A DNA stretch of 64,000 bases from an uncultured Gemmatimonadales bacterium (GTDB taxonomy: Bacteria > Gemmatimonadota > Gemmatimonadetes > Gemmatimonadales > JACORV01), in contig CAWETG010000001.1 in assembly GCA_963812035.1 (NCBI GenBank), forward strand, positions 654,987 to 718,986. The letters run 5' to 3'. Of this stretch, positions 18,781 to 28,337 are shown one piece after another; positions within the stretch are counted from its first letter, which is position 1; each line of letters starts with the position of its first letter. Both the position numbers and the translations under genes were made by a program. A model generated the notes under the pieces. The model had not been told where the DNA came from, did no database searches, and worked only from the letters and a program-made list of their open reading frames with translations.

Positions 18781-20031
18781 GTGGACATCGCCGAACTGAA
18801 GAAGAAGTCCGTCGCCGAACTGCATGCGATGGCCGAAGAACTCAACATCACGAACTACTCTGGGCTGCGGAAGCAGGACCTGATCTTCCGCATCGAGCAG
18901 AACCTGCTCGACTCCGACACGGTGCTGCGCGGCGAGGGCGTGCTGGAGATCCTCCCGGAGGGGTACGGCTTCCTGCGCAGCCAGGATTGGAACTACCTGT
19001 ACGGTCCCGACGACATCTACGTCTCGCCCAGCCAGATCAAGCGCTTCGACCTCAGGACCGGTGACACCGTGCTGGGCCAGGTGCGGCCGCCCAAAGAAGG
19101 GGAGCGCTATCTCGCGCTGCTCAAGGTCGAGACGGTCAACGGCGACGAGCCGGAGAAGGCCAAGCACCGCATCGCGTTCGACAACCTCCGCCCCCGCTAC
19201 CCCGACGAGCGGCTGCGGCTCGAACGGAAGGACAACGACCTGTCGATGCGGGTGATCGACATGCTCGCGCCGATCGGCAAGGGGCAGCGCGCGCTGATCT
19301 CCTCGCCGCCCAAGGCGGGCAAGACGATCCTGCTCCAGAAGCTCGCCAACTCGATCACCGAGAACCATCCGGAGTGCGTGCTGATCGTGCTGCTGATCGA
19401 CGAGCGGCCCGAGGAAGTGACGGACATGGAGGAGAACGTGAAGGCCGAGGTCATCTCCTCGACCTTCGACGAGCCGGCCGACCGGCACGTGCAGGTCTCC
19501 GACATGGTGCTGGAGAAGGCGAAGCGGCTGGTCGAGTCAGGGAAGGACGTGGTGATCCTGCTCGACTCGATCACCCGGCTGGCGCGGGCCCACAACGTGG
19601 TGGTCCCGCACTCGGGCAAGATCCTCTCGGGCGGTGTGGACGCCAACGCGCTGCACAAGCCGAAGCGGTTCTTCGGCGCAGCCCGCAACATCGAGGGCGG
19701 CGGCTCGCTCACCATCGTCGGGACGGCGCTGATCGAGACCGGGAGCCGGATGGACGAGGTGATCTTCGAGGAGTTCAAGGGCACCGGCAACATGGAGCTG
19801 GTGCTCGACCGGAAGATCAGCGAGCGGCGCATCTGGCCCGCGATCGACGTGCAGAAGAGCGCCACCCGGAAGGAGGAGCTGCTGCTGCCGCCGGACGAGC
19901 TGAACCGGATGTACCTGCTGCGGAAGTTCCTGGCCGACATGCCGCCGGTCGAGGCGATCGAGTTCCTGATCGAGCGGATGAAGCGGACCAAGAACAACAA
20001 GGACTTCTTCGCGACGATGGCCCAGGGTTAA
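18781..20031 (+). CDS. rho: transcription termination factor Rho
   Basis: [24 protein letters not shown]-terminal domain, an RNA-binding domain, and Walker [13 protein letters not shown] start. Confidence 0.95.
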   Translation: MDIAELKKKSVAELHAMAEELNITNYSGLRKQDLIFRIEQNLLDSDTVLRGEGVLEILPEGYGFLRSQDWNYLYGPDDIYVSPSQIKRFDLRTGDTVLGQVRPPKEGERYLALLKVETVNGDEPEKAKHRIAFDNLRPRYPDERLRLERKDNDLSMRVIDMLAPIGKGQRALISSPPKAGKTILLQKLANSITENHPECVLIVLLIDERPEEVTDMEENVKAEVISSTFDEPADRHVQVSDMVLEKAKRLVESGKDVVILLDSITRLARAHNVVVPHSGKILSGGVDANALHKPKRFFGAARNIEGGGSLTIVGTALIETGSRMDEVIFEEFKGTGNMELVLDRKISERRIWPAIDVQKSATRKEELLLPPDELNRMYLLRKFLADMPPVEAIEFLIERMKRTKNNKDFFATMAQG

Positions 20032-20037
20032 CGGGCC

Positions 20038-20511
20038 GTGCAGCCCGGAGGAGGAGAGCCGGGAGGAGGCCCGGACGCCGGGCGCGTGCTCGCCGTGGAC
20101 TGGGGCGGCAAGCGGTTCGGCCTTGCGCTCTCGGACCCGACCCGGCTCATCGCCCAACCCCTCGTCACGCTGACTCGCCGCGCCAATCACCGCGCCCCCG
20201 TCACCGACATCGTCGCACTCATCGCACGCCACGAAGTCACGCAGGTGGTGGTGGGCCTGCCGCTCGATCTCGAGGGCGCCGAAGGCGAGGCGGCGCGCGA
20301 GGCGCGGGCCCTGGGCGAAGCGGTGGCCCGCCGCTCCGGCGTCCTGGTGACCTACTGGGACGAGCGGCTCTCGACGGCCGCGGCCCTGCGGTCGGCGCGC
20401 GCCGCCGGCGTCCGGGACCGCGACTCGCGCGGGCGCATCGACCAGATGGCGGCCGTGGCGATCCTGCAAGGCTGGCTGGACGCGCAACGAGCGGACGGCA
20501 CGGGGGCGTGA
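20038..20511 (+). CDS. ruvX: Holliday junction resolvase-like nuclease RuvX/YqgF
   Basis: RVLAVDWGGKRFGLALSD and VVGLPLDLEG motifs. The start could instead be the GTG at 20086. Confidence 0.85.
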   Translation: MQPGGGEPGGGPDAGRVLAVDWGGKRFGLALSDPTRLIAQPLVTLTRRANHRAPVTDIVALIARHEVTQVVVGLPLDLEGAEGEAAREARALGEAVARRSGVLVTYWDERLSTAAALRSARAAGVRDRDSRGRIDQMAAVAILQGWLDAQRADGTGA

Positions 20512-20636
20512 GGATGGCACGGAGGCCCAGGGGCACAGAGGCACGGGAAGGCACACGCACTCCGGTGCCCCCGTGCCCCCGTGCCCCTGTGCCCACCGGC
20601 CTTCGTGTTCTTGTGCCCCTGTGCCTCTGTGCCCTC
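20497..20636. repeat. imperfect palindrome built from GGCACNNN / GTGCCCNN octamer units
   Basis: The left half has 5 GGCAC-containing units. The right half runs gtgcccccgtgcccccgtgcccctgtgccc...gtgcccctgtgcctctgtgccc. It spans the ruvX stop and the mltG start region. Confidence 0.8.
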
Positions 20637-21728
20637 TTGTCGGCCTGCGGCCCCGCGGCGAACGCGCCGCACGAGCGCATCATCGTGCCCAAGCGGGCGT
20701 CGCTGAAGACGGTGGCCGATTCCCTGGCCGCCCACCGCATCATCGCCTCCACTGACCGGTTTCTGCTGTCCGCGCGCCTGCTGGGCTTCCTCGTCGCCCC
20801 GTACCGGGGGCTCGACCGCCACCTGCGTCCGGGCCGCTACGACTTCCCGGTCGGTGAGAAGACGCGGACCATCCTCAGCGCGATGATCACCGGCCGCACC
20901 GACGACGACTTGTTCACGGTGCCCGAGGGCTTCACCGTCGCAGAGATGGCCGAGGCCGCCGCGAAGCGGCTCGGGATGGACAGCGTGGCGTTCCTGGCGG
21001 CGACGCGCGACTCCGCCTTGCGCGCCCGGCTCGGCATCCCGCACAACGACCGCACGATCGAGGGATACCTCTTCCCCGAGACCTACCGGGTCGTGTTCGG
21101 CGCCTCGCCGGAGCAGCTGGTGGAGCAGATGGTGCAGCAGTTCCAGGCGCAATGGGACACGGCGTGGGACGGCCGCGCCCGGCAGCTCGGACTCAGCCGG
21201 CACCAGGTCATCACCCTGGCGAGCATCGTCGAGGCAGAGGCGCGGCGGCACTCCGAGCGCCAGGTGATCGCGGGCGTGTACTACAACCGTCTCAGCCGAC
21301 GCCACCCGATGAAGCTCGAGGCCGATCCCACCGTCATCTACGCGCTCGGCCGGCACGTGAATCGGGTGCTGATCCGGGACCTCAGGATCAAGTCTCCGTA
21401 CAACACCTATCTCCACACCGGACTGCCGCCGGGCCCGATCAATTCGCCGGGCCGCGCCAGCATCCTCGCGGCGCTGTGGCCGGCCAGGCACCCGTATCTG
21501 TTCTTCGTCGCGCGCCCTGACGGGAGCCACATGTTCAGCGCGACCGGGCAGGAGCATGCGGACTCGGTGAAGGTGGCGCGCCGCCTGCGGGCCGAAGCGC
21601 AGGCCGCCAAGCGGGACAGTATTCTGGCCGCGCGGCGGGAGAGCACGGCCGTCGCCCGGCAGGGCCACGCGGCGCGGCGGGCCGCAACGCCGGACAGTGC
21701 CACGCCGCCCCCGCCACCACTCCCGTGA
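20514..21728 (+). CDS. mltG: endolytic murein transglycosylase MltG (YceG-like)
   Basis: Start placed at ATG 20514 (GTG 20613 is an alternative). LASIVEAEA (catalytic Glu), YNTYLHTGLPPGPINSPG and YLFFVA motifs are present. Confidence 0.85.
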   Translation: MARRPRGTEAREGTRTPVPPCPRAPVPTGLRVLVPLCLCALLSACGPAANAPHERIIVPKRASLKTVADSLAAHRIIASTDRFLLSARLLGFLVAPYRGLDRHLRPGRYDFPVGEKTRTILSAMITGRTDDDLFTVPEGFTVAEMAEAAAKRLGMDSVAFLAATRDSALRARLGIPHNDRTIEGYLFPETYRVVFGASPEQLVEQMVQQFQAQWDTAWDGRARQLGLSRHQVITLASIVEAEARRHSERQVIAGVYYNRLSRRHPMKLEADPTVIYALGRHVNRVLIRDLRIKSPYNTYLHTGLPPGPINSPGRASILAALWPARHPYLFFVARPDGSHMFSATGQEHADSVKVARRLRAEAQAAKRDSILAARRESTAVARQGHAARRAATPDSATPPPPPLP

Positions 21729-22360
21729 GCGCGCCGGCGTCCCTGGAGGAGGCCGTGCGCCTGGTCGTGATTCTCGACGCCGGTGTCGCGGGGGGCCGTG
21801 ACCTGGCCGCGCTCGCCGCTCAGGCGGCACGGGGCGGCGCCACGATGGTGCAGGTGCGCGCCAAGGAGGCTGCGGCGCGGGACGTGGCCGACCTGGTGCG
21901 CCGCGTGATGGCGGCGACCGCGTTGCCGGTCGTGGTGAACGACCGCCTGGACGTCGCGCTGGCCACCGGGGCGGCCGGATGCCACCTCGGGCAGGACGAC
22001 TTCCCGATCCATGCCGCGCGCGCGATCGCCCCGGCCGGCTTCTGGCTCGGCGGCTCGGCCGGCGATCCCGACGAGGCGCGCCGCGCCGCAGGCGCCGGAG
22101 CGGATTACCTGGGCATCGGACCCATCGCCGTCACCGCCAGCAAGGCGGACGCCGGAGCGGCCATCGGGGTGGAGGGCTTCCGGCGCGTGCACGCCGCGGC
22201 GCCCGGCGTGCCCGCGGTCGCCATCGGCGGCATCACCGCCGCGCTCACCCCGGCCCTGATGGCCGCCGGCGCAGCCGGCGTGGCCGTGATCCGAGCGGTT
22301 CTCGACGCACCCGACCCGGAAGAAGCCACCCACGCGGTGCGCGCGGCCGTCGGCCGATGA
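21725..22360 (+). CDS. thiE: thiamine-phosphate synthase
   Basis: VQVRAKE, VVNDRLDVALA, CHLGQDD and IGGI motifs. GTGA overlap with the mltG stop. Confidence 0.85.
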   Translation: MSAPASLEEAVRLVVILDAGVAGGRDLAALAAQAARGGATMVQVRAKEAAARDVADLVRRVMAATALPVVVNDRLDVALATGAAGCHLGQDDFPIHAARAIAPAGFWLGGSAGDPDEARRAAGAGADYLGIGPIAVTASKADAGAAIGVEGFRRVHAAAPGVPAVAIGGITAALTPALMAAGAAGVAVIRAVLDAPDPEEATHAVRAAVGR

Positions 22361-23535
22361 CCGCGTCCGCCGCCAACCCGACCGTCGTCGTCGCCCCGCG
22401 AGGCGTGGGCCGGTTGCGGGCCGGGCACCCCTGGATCTTCCGCTCCGATATCCGCGACGCCGACAGCGACACCCCGGGACTCGCCCGTCTCGTGGACGAG
22501 CGCGGCAAGGGACTCGGCACGGCGCTCTACTCGCCTGCGTCCGAGATCCGCGCGCGCTGGCTGGCGCCCGAGAGCACGGCGGTGCGCGGCGCCTGGTGGA
22601 AGGCGATGGTGGCGGCGGCCCTGGAGCGCCGGCGAGGAATCAGCGACGGCGCCTTCCGGGTGGTCCACGCCGAAGGTGACGGGCTTCCGTCGCTGATCGT
22701 GGATCGCTACGGCGACTGCGCCGTCGCGCAACTGCTCTCGGCGGGACTCGAGGCCGTGCGGGACGACGTGATCGCCGCCATCCGCGACACGCTGGCCCCT
22801 GCCGGCCTGCTGCTCAGGAACGACGCCGCCGTGCGGGAGCGCGAACGGCTGCCGCGCGAAGTCACGCTCGCCTTCGGTGCGGTGCCGCAGGAGATCACGG
22901 TGGAGGAGGCGCCGGGGATCCGCTACGTGGCGACCCCGTGGACGGGCCAGAAGACCGGCGCGTTCCTCGACCAGCGCGAGAACCGCCGGTTGCTGGGGAC
23001 GATGGCCCGAGGCCGGTGTCTCGACGCCTTCGCGTATCACGGCGGCTTTGCGCTGCACCTCGCCGGCGGCGGCGCCCGGGAGGTGGTGGCCGTGGAGATC
23101 TCCGGAGAGGCCGCGGAGCGGCTCGGGCGCAACGCCGCGCTCAACCGCTTCGACGCCGTCCGAACGGTCGAGGCGAACGCGTTCGACTGGCTGAAGGAAG
23201 CTGCGGCGGCGGGTGAGCGCTTCGACGTCGTGGTGCTCGATCCGCCGGCGTTCGCGCGGGACCGGCGCTCGCTCCCGCGGGCGCTGGCGGGCTACAAGGA
23301 GGTGAACCTGCGGGCGATGCAGCTCCTCGCGCCCGGCGGCCTCCTGTTCACCGCCTCATGCTCGCACCACGTGCACCGCGGCGATTTCTTCACGATGCTC
23401 GCCGGAGCGGCGGCCGACAGCGGCCGCCCGCTCCAGCTGCTCGAGATCCGCGGCGCGGCCGCCGATCACCCCGAGATCGTCACCATTCCGGAGACCGGTT
23501 ACCTCAAGGGTGCGCTGCTCCGCGCCGTGGACTAG
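22357..23535 (+). CDS. class I SAM-dependent rRNA methyltransferase with N-terminal PUA-like domain (RlmI-like)
   Basis: Start at ATG 22357 (ATGA overlap with thiE). GHPWIFRSDI, KTGAFLDQRENR and VVLDPPAFAR motifs are present. Confidence 0.8.
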   Translation: MTASAANPTVVVAPRGVGRLRAGHPWIFRSDIRDADSDTPGLARLVDERGKGLGTALYSPASEIRARWLAPESTAVRGAWWKAMVAAALERRRGISDGAFRVVHAEGDGLPSLIVDRYGDCAVAQLLSAGLEAVRDDVIAAIRDTLAPAGLLLRNDAAVRERERLPREVTLAFGAVPQEITVEEAPGIRYVATPWTGQKTGAFLDQRENRRLLGTMARGRCLDAFAYHGGFALHLAGGGAREVVAVEISGEAAERLGRNAALNRFDAVRTVEANAFDWLKEAAAAGERFDVVVLDPPAFARDRRSLPRALAGYKEVNLRAMQLLAPGGLLFTASCSHHVHRGDFFTMLAGAAADSGRPLQLLEIRGAAADHPEIVTIPETGYLKGALLRAVD

Positions 23536-25094
23536 CGCGTCACCCGTTCGACGAACGCCACCACCAGCGACACCAGGTCAGGCACCAGCGGCAGCGACGG
23601 ATCGTTGTAGGTGACGAGCTGCGCGGCGCGATCCGTGGTCGCGATGTGCACGAAGAGGTGGTTCGCGTCCGGGAGGATGTGCACTTCCGCGTCGGCGCGC
23701 GCGGCGCGCAGCGCTTCCGCATCCGCCACGCTCACCTGGATGTCGGTCGCGCCCTGCACGACCAGCAGCGGCACCGTCAGGCGCCGCGCCTCGTCGGCGG
23801 GGTCGATGGCGCTCTCGGTCTGGATGAACCGGCGCACCGACGGGCGAAGCAGCGTGCTCAGATCCGCCGGGACATCCGGCATCGGCCCGGAGCCGAGGAA
23901 CAGGGCCATCAGGCTGTCGTATGCCGCGAGCCGGGCGCCGTCGAGCTGGCGCGCCATCTGCTCGTGCAGCACCGCCGTGAAACGGCGGCCCATGCCCGCC
24001 AGCATCACCACCCCCGAAACCGGGGCACCCCTATTCGCGGCGCGCTCGGCGAGCAACGCCCCCTCGCTGTGCCCGACCAGCACCACCTTCGAGAAGCGCG
24101 GGTCCGCGGCCAGGGCGCGGGCGCCCGCGGCGGCATCGTCGGTAAAATCGTCGAACGCCATCGTCGAGACGTCGCCTACGAAGGTCGAACCGTCGAGGCC
24201 CCGCTTGTCGTAGCGCACGCTCGCGATGCCGCGCTGGGCCAGCGCCCACGCGAGCTTCTTGTACACGTTCGAGGTGAGGCCCAGCCGCGAGTTGCCGTCG
24301 CGGTCGGTAGGTCCCGAGCCCGCGATGATCAGCACCGCCGGGGTCTTGCCCGTCGCCCGCTCCGGCCGGGTCAGCGTCCCGGCCAGCCGCTGCGACCCAT
24401 CGTTCCATCCGAACGGCTCCTCGACCACGCCGGGCGGCGGCGGCGCGGGCGGATGCACCACCAGCGGGCGCGACGCGGGCACGCTGTCAGCCGGGACGCG
24501 CTGAACGACCAGCCCTTGGCTGGGCACGGTGGCCGACTCGAGATCGCCGTCCGCCGCCGGCACCATCACGACCTCGGTGCCGGCCAGCGACGCCGTCACG
24601 TGGCCGCCATGCCGGGCGAGCGTCAGATCGAGGACGCCGCCGTTGTCCACCAGGAAGGTGTGCAGCACAACCGAGGTGTCGGTGCCCGGAGGGAGGCGGC
24701 GCGCCATCGCCGCCATCTGGCTCCACACCAGGTTCTGCATTACCGCCCGCGGCGCGGGCAACGCGCGGGCGCCTCCGGACGGTTGCCCGGCGACGCTCCA
24801 GCGCACCGAGTCCCCGACCGTCACGCTCACGGCACGCTGCTGCTCGCCGGTCGCCAGCGCCACCACCTTCAGCTCGTACCACAGCGGCTGCCAGGCGTCG
24901 TCGTACTGCATCCGCGTCACCAGGCGATAGCCCGATGCGTCCACCGTGGCCTCGAGCGCGTGCCCGGCCCAATGGAAGTACTCGACCGCGATCTCGCGAT
25001 CGCCCTGCAAGGTCCGGTAGCCCCCGGACTGCGCGGACAAGTCGAGTGGCAGCAAGGTCACCAGCGCCGCCACCACACAACCAGAGATGTGCAC
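23532..25094 (-). CDS. secreted alpha/beta hydrolase with N-terminal extra domain
   Basis: Signal peptide, GHSEGA nucleophile elbow, and a C-terminal D/H region (VQGATDIQV...DANHLF). Confidence 0.75.
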   Translation of the reverse strand: MHISGCVVAALVTLLPLDLSAQSGGYRTLQGDREIAVEYFHWAGHALEATVDASGYRLVTRMQYDDAWQPLWYELKVVALATGEQQRAVSVTVGDSVRWSVAGQPSGGARALPAPRAVMQNLVWSQMAAMARRLPPGTDTSVVLHTFLVDNGGVLDLTLARHGGHVTASLAGTEVVMVPAADGDLESATVPSQGLVVQRVPADSVPASRPLVVHPPAPPPPGVVEEPFGWNDGSQRLAGTLTRPERATGKTPAVLIIAGSGPTDRDGNSRLGLTSNVYKKLAWALAQRGIASVRYDKRGLDGSTFVGDVSTMAFDDFTDDAAAGARALAADPRFSKVVLVGHSEGALLAERAANRGAPVSGVVMLAGMGRRFTAVLHEQMARQLDGARLAAYDSLMALFLGSGPMPDVPADLSTLLRPSVRRFIQTESAIDPADEARRLTVPLLVVQGATDIQVSVADAEALRAARADAEVHILPDANHLFVHIATTDRAAQLVTYNDPSLPLVPDLVSLVVAFVERVTR

Positions 25095-25107
25095 GGTGTG
25101 ATCCTCA

Positions 25108-25923
25108 CTAGCGGACGGTGATGCCGAGGCGTTCCAGGAACGCCCCGACGTGGTGCTCGGTCACAAACCAGCTGCCCAGTGCGGGGCGCGTTGCGCCGTG
25201 CCAATCGGATCCGCCGGTCACCACGAGGCCGGCGGCCCGCGCCGCCTGCTCGAGCTCGACCGAGCCGTACGGATCCAGCGATGGGCGGAGCGCTTCCACG
25301 CCGGCGAGTCCACACTCCTTGAGACGCGCGAAGTGGCGTGCGTCCTCCAGGGCCGGATGCGCCCAGACCGCACAGCCACCGGCGGCGGTGATCACCGCGA
25401 TCGCGTCGGCAACCGCTTCGCCGCGGCTCGGCACGAAGCCCGGGGCCCCGTCCCCGATGAAACGGGCAAAAGCATCGGAGATGGAGCCAGCCCTGCCCAT
25501 CCGGACCAGGGTGCGCGCCAGGTGCAGGCGCCCGACGGAGGCGCACTCCGGCTCGGTCGTCACGTCCGCCGTGGTGATCGCGACGCCGATGGCCCGCAGC
25601 CGCTCGACCAGCGCGGCCATGCGCTCCCGGCGCGCCACGGCCGCGCGCGCCGCCAGCGCGGCGACGCCCGCGTCGTCGAGCCGGAATCCGTACCCCAGGA
25701 GATGCAACTCCTTCCCGTCCAGGCGGGAAGTGATCTCGATGCCGGCGATGACTCCGCACCCGGCCTCCGCCGCCGCTGCGCAGGCCGGCCCGAGACCGGC
25801 GGCCGTGTCGTGGTCGGCCAGCGCGATCATCCCCAGACCGGCCCGCCCGGCGGCGGCCACCACCGCCGCCGGCGCGAGCGCCCCGTCGGAACAGGTCGAA
25901 TGGACATGCAGATCCAGGTGCAT
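25108..25923 (-). CDS. PHP-domain phosphoesterase (TrpH/YciV-like)
   Basis: MHLDLHVHSTCSDG and ALADHDT motifs. Confidence 0.8.
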   Translation of the reverse strand: MHLDLHVHSTCSDGALAPAAVVAAAGRAGLGMIALADHDTAAGLGPACAAAAEAGCGVIAGIEITSRLDGKELHLLGYGFRLDDAGVAALAARAAVARRERMAALVERLRAIGVAITTADVTTEPECASVGRLHLARTLVRMGRAGSISDAFARFIGDGAPGFVPSRGEAVADAIAVITAAGGCAVWAHPALEDARHFARLKECGLAGVEALRPSLDPYGSVELEQAARAAGLVVTGGSDWHGATRPALGSWFVTEHHVGAFLERLGITVR

Positions 25924-26016
25924 CGCCCTCCCATCCTCGTGAAACCGAAGCTACGGAGCGGCGGAAGAGCGAACAAGGGAGTTGACAGCCGAGATTGGGT
26001 TCCTCAGCTTGCCCGC

Positions 26017-26895
26017 ATGGCAGTGGCCCGCACCGCCGGGCGCGACCGCACGGTTTCCATCCAGCGCGTTTTTCTCGGCCTCCTCGCCGCCAATCTGGTG
26101 GTGGTGGGGGCCAAGATCGTCGTCGGCGTCTCGGCGGGTTCGCTCTCGGTCATCAGCGACGCCGTCCACTCCTCGGTGGACGCGCTCAACAACATCCTGT
26201 TCATCATCCTGATGCGGTACGCCGGCGCCGAGGCGGACGCCAACCATCCGTACGGCCACGGCAAGTTCGAGGTGCTCGGCGCGCTCGGCATCGTGATCTT
26301 CCTCGCGGTCGCCTCGTTCGAGCTGCTCAAGAGCGCCGTGGGCCGCCTCGTGGCACAGGCGCCTTCACCGCGCCTCACCGGCCTCGACCTGTGGCTCCTC
26401 GCGGGCACGCTCGCCATCAACCTGTGGGTGGCGTGGCTCGAGTCCCGCAAGGGACGCGAATACTCGAGCGACCTGTTGCTGGCGGACGCGGCGCACACCC
26501 GCGTGGACGTGATGATCACCACCGGCGTGATCGCGGGCAGCGTGCTGTCGCGGGCCGGCGTGCGGCACGTGGACCCGATCGTGGCGCTCGCCGTCGTGCT
26601 GCTGATCGGGCGCGTCGCCTACCAGATCCTGCGGCGCGGCGTCCCCGTCCTCGTGGACCAGGCCGCCCAGGAACCGGAGGCGGTGCGCCGCTCCGCCGAG
26701 GGGGTGGACGGCGTGCACTCCGCCCACGACATCCGCTCGCGCCTCGCGGCCGGCGTCGCCTACGCCGAGCTCACCATCAAGGTCTCGGGCCAACTGCCGG
26801 TGGATGAGGCCCACGACATCGCTGACGCGGTCGAGCACCGCCTCAAGGAAGACCTCAAGCTCGACCGCGTCGTCGTGCACATCGAACCGTGCTGA
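26017..26895 (+). CDS. cation diffusion facilitator (CDF) metal efflux transporter
   Basis: Start moved to ATG 26017. HSSVDALNN, DANHPYGHGKFE, six TM segments and a C-terminal cytoplasmic domain are present. Confidence 0.85.
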   Translation: MAVARTAGRDRTVSIQRVFLGLLAANLVVVGAKIVVGVSAGSLSVISDAVHSSVDALNNILFIILMRYAGAEADANHPYGHGKFEVLGALGIVIFLAVASFELLKSAVGRLVAQAPSPRLTGLDLWLLAGTLAINLWVAWLESRKGREYSSDLLLADAAHTRVDVMITTGVIAGSVLSRAGVRHVDPIVALAVVLLIGRVAYQILRRGVPVLVDQAAQEPEAVRRSAEGVDGVHSAHDIRSRLAAGVAYAELTIKVSGQLPVDEAHDIADAVEHRLKEDLKLDRVVVHIEPC

Positions 26896-27746
26896 ACGCC
26901 GTGGAGCGCCGCGCCCGCCGGACCCCGCGCAGCCTGCGTTCGGAGTACGAGGAGTTCATCGAGCAGCGCATCGAGGAATACAAGGACGGCCTGCCGCGAG
27001 CGTCGATCCTCGGCATCGGCGACGAGGCCGTCCAGGAGTTGGCCCGCACCGAGCAGTACCAACTGACCGAGGTGCTCCTCCAGGAACAGGTGGATTCCAT
27101 CATCCGCCGGCGCCTCCGGCTGCCGTCGTACCGTCGCTGGCGCGAGCGCCACGTCGCCCTGCGCGCCGCGCAGGCACAGCCGTCGCACTGGGGGCTCGCC
27201 CCGAACGACCCGGTGGTCAGCCTGGCCGATCGCATCGAGGATCTGGACCTGATCGCGGTGGTGGGCGCCGCCGACGGCGCCTGCGCGCTGTTCCTCGCCG
27301 CGCGCGGCGCCTCCGTGCTGGTGGGCGACCCCGACCTCGCCGCCATCGAGGGGCTCGAGAACCGCGCCATCGCAGAGCAGCTCGGCAGCCGCGTCGAGTG
27401 CCGCGTCGTCCCGCTCGAAGCGTGGACGCCGGATCGCGCCATCGACGGCTGCGTTATCGAAACACCCGCGCTCGCGGGACTCGCCGCCGGCGACCGCGCC
27501 GAACTCATCCGGCGGTTCAAGGCGGTCACCACCGCCGGCGGCCACCACGTCGTGATGCCCGCGGTGAGTTCGGGCGGCAAGGCCGCGGCGGTCTCCAGCG
27601 ACGCGCTGCGCTCCCTCTACGCGGATTGGACCGTCGCGCGCGCGCAGCCGCCCGCCCCGAGCGCCCGTCGCTCGCGCAACGTCGGATTCATCGCAACCCA
27701 CCCCGGTCCGGGTCAGAGTGAAACGAGCCAGGCTGTGTCCAACTGA
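26889..27746 (+). CDS. hypothetical protein with a C-terminal Rossmann/methyltransferase-like fold
   Basis: GTG start overlaps the CDF stop by 7 nt. VVGAADGACALFLAARGASV resembles SAM-MTase motif I. The N-terminal half is a charged helical region. Confidence 0.5.
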   Translation: MLNAVERRARRTPRSLRSEYEEFIEQRIEEYKDGLPRASILGIGDEAVQELARTEQYQLTEVLLQEQVDSIIRRRLRLPSYRRWRERHVALRAAQAQPSHWGLAPNDPVVSLADRIEDLDLIAVVGAADGACALFLAARGASVLVGDPDLAAIEGLENRAIAEQLGSRVECRVVPLEAWTPDRAIDGCVIETPALAGLAAGDRAELIRRFKAVTTAGGHHVVMPAVSSGGKAAAVSSDALRSLYADWTVARAQPPAPSARRSRNVGFIATHPGPGQSETSQAVSN

Positions 27747-27906
27747 CACGGAATCTTGATTGCGGTTCCTGCAGTAGTGTGTAACAAGCAACAGGACAAT
27801 CACTTACAAACAAGAGTCCCAGGCACGGCGAATGCCATACGTAGAGGCAGCGGTTCGTGTGCGCGCCAGGCGCGCGGAGTCCTCTCCTCGGTGGCAGGAA
27901 GGTCGT

Positions 27907-28056
27907 ATGACGACAGCCGTATTGGCGGCCAATGAGCCCGTGGGAATCGTGATCCGCGACGGCGGCAACGTTCGCCGCGTGCCGCGCATCCTGATGTGGT
28001 TCTGGGCGAATGAGGAAGAGGCGAACGACGAGGAGGAGTGGCGGGAGCGGACTTAG
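27907..28056 (+). CDS. orphan small protein (49 aa), acidic C-terminus
   Basis: GGAAGG SD 5 nt before ATG 27907. A strong intrinsic terminator follows. The upstream region is AT-rich. Confidence 0.45.
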   Translation: MTTAVLAANEPVGIVIRDGGNVRRVPRILMWFWANEEEANDEEEWRERT

Positions 28057-28084
28057 CTCGCCCTGCCGCAGACGTCGGTGACCG

Positions 28085-28115
28085 GGGCCCGGCCGTGTGC
28101 CGGGCCCTTTCTATT
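28085..28115 (+). terminator. rho-independent terminator
   Basis: gggcccggc / cgtgt / gccgggccc gives a perfect 9-bp GC stem, followed by tttctatt. Confidence 0.75.
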
Positions 28116-28153
28116 CCCTTCCCTGGGTGGTCAGACTGGACGGCTACAGGACG

Positions 28154-28318
28154 CAGAACAGTTGCGAGACGCAGAGTTGCGATGTGGTCTGGAGTCTGGA
28201 ACTGTCAGTTGAGAGTGCCCTTCCTCCCACCCGCCAACTTGCCTGCACACTCACCGCCCCCACCTCGTAAGCTCTCGCAACTCGGCGTCTCGCAGCTCAA
28301 CTGACAGCCGCTGTTCTC
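28154..28318. repeat. compound/nested copy of the AGTTGCGAGA palindromic repeat family
   Basis: cagaacagttgcgagacgcagagttgcga on the left pairs with ctcgcaactcggcgtctcgcagctcaactgacagccgctgttctc on the right. An inner ctgtcagttgag pairs with ctcaactgacag. Confidence 0.75.
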
Positions 28319-28337
28319 ACTGCTCGCACCCCTGGGA

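Noticed and set aside
20497-20636. Possible CRISPR array, given the short tandem repeats here and at 42268..42343.
   Set aside because: The units are 8 nt and directly abutting, with no spacers and no 25- to 40-nt repeat. No cas genes are present. The tracts lie in or at coding sequence.
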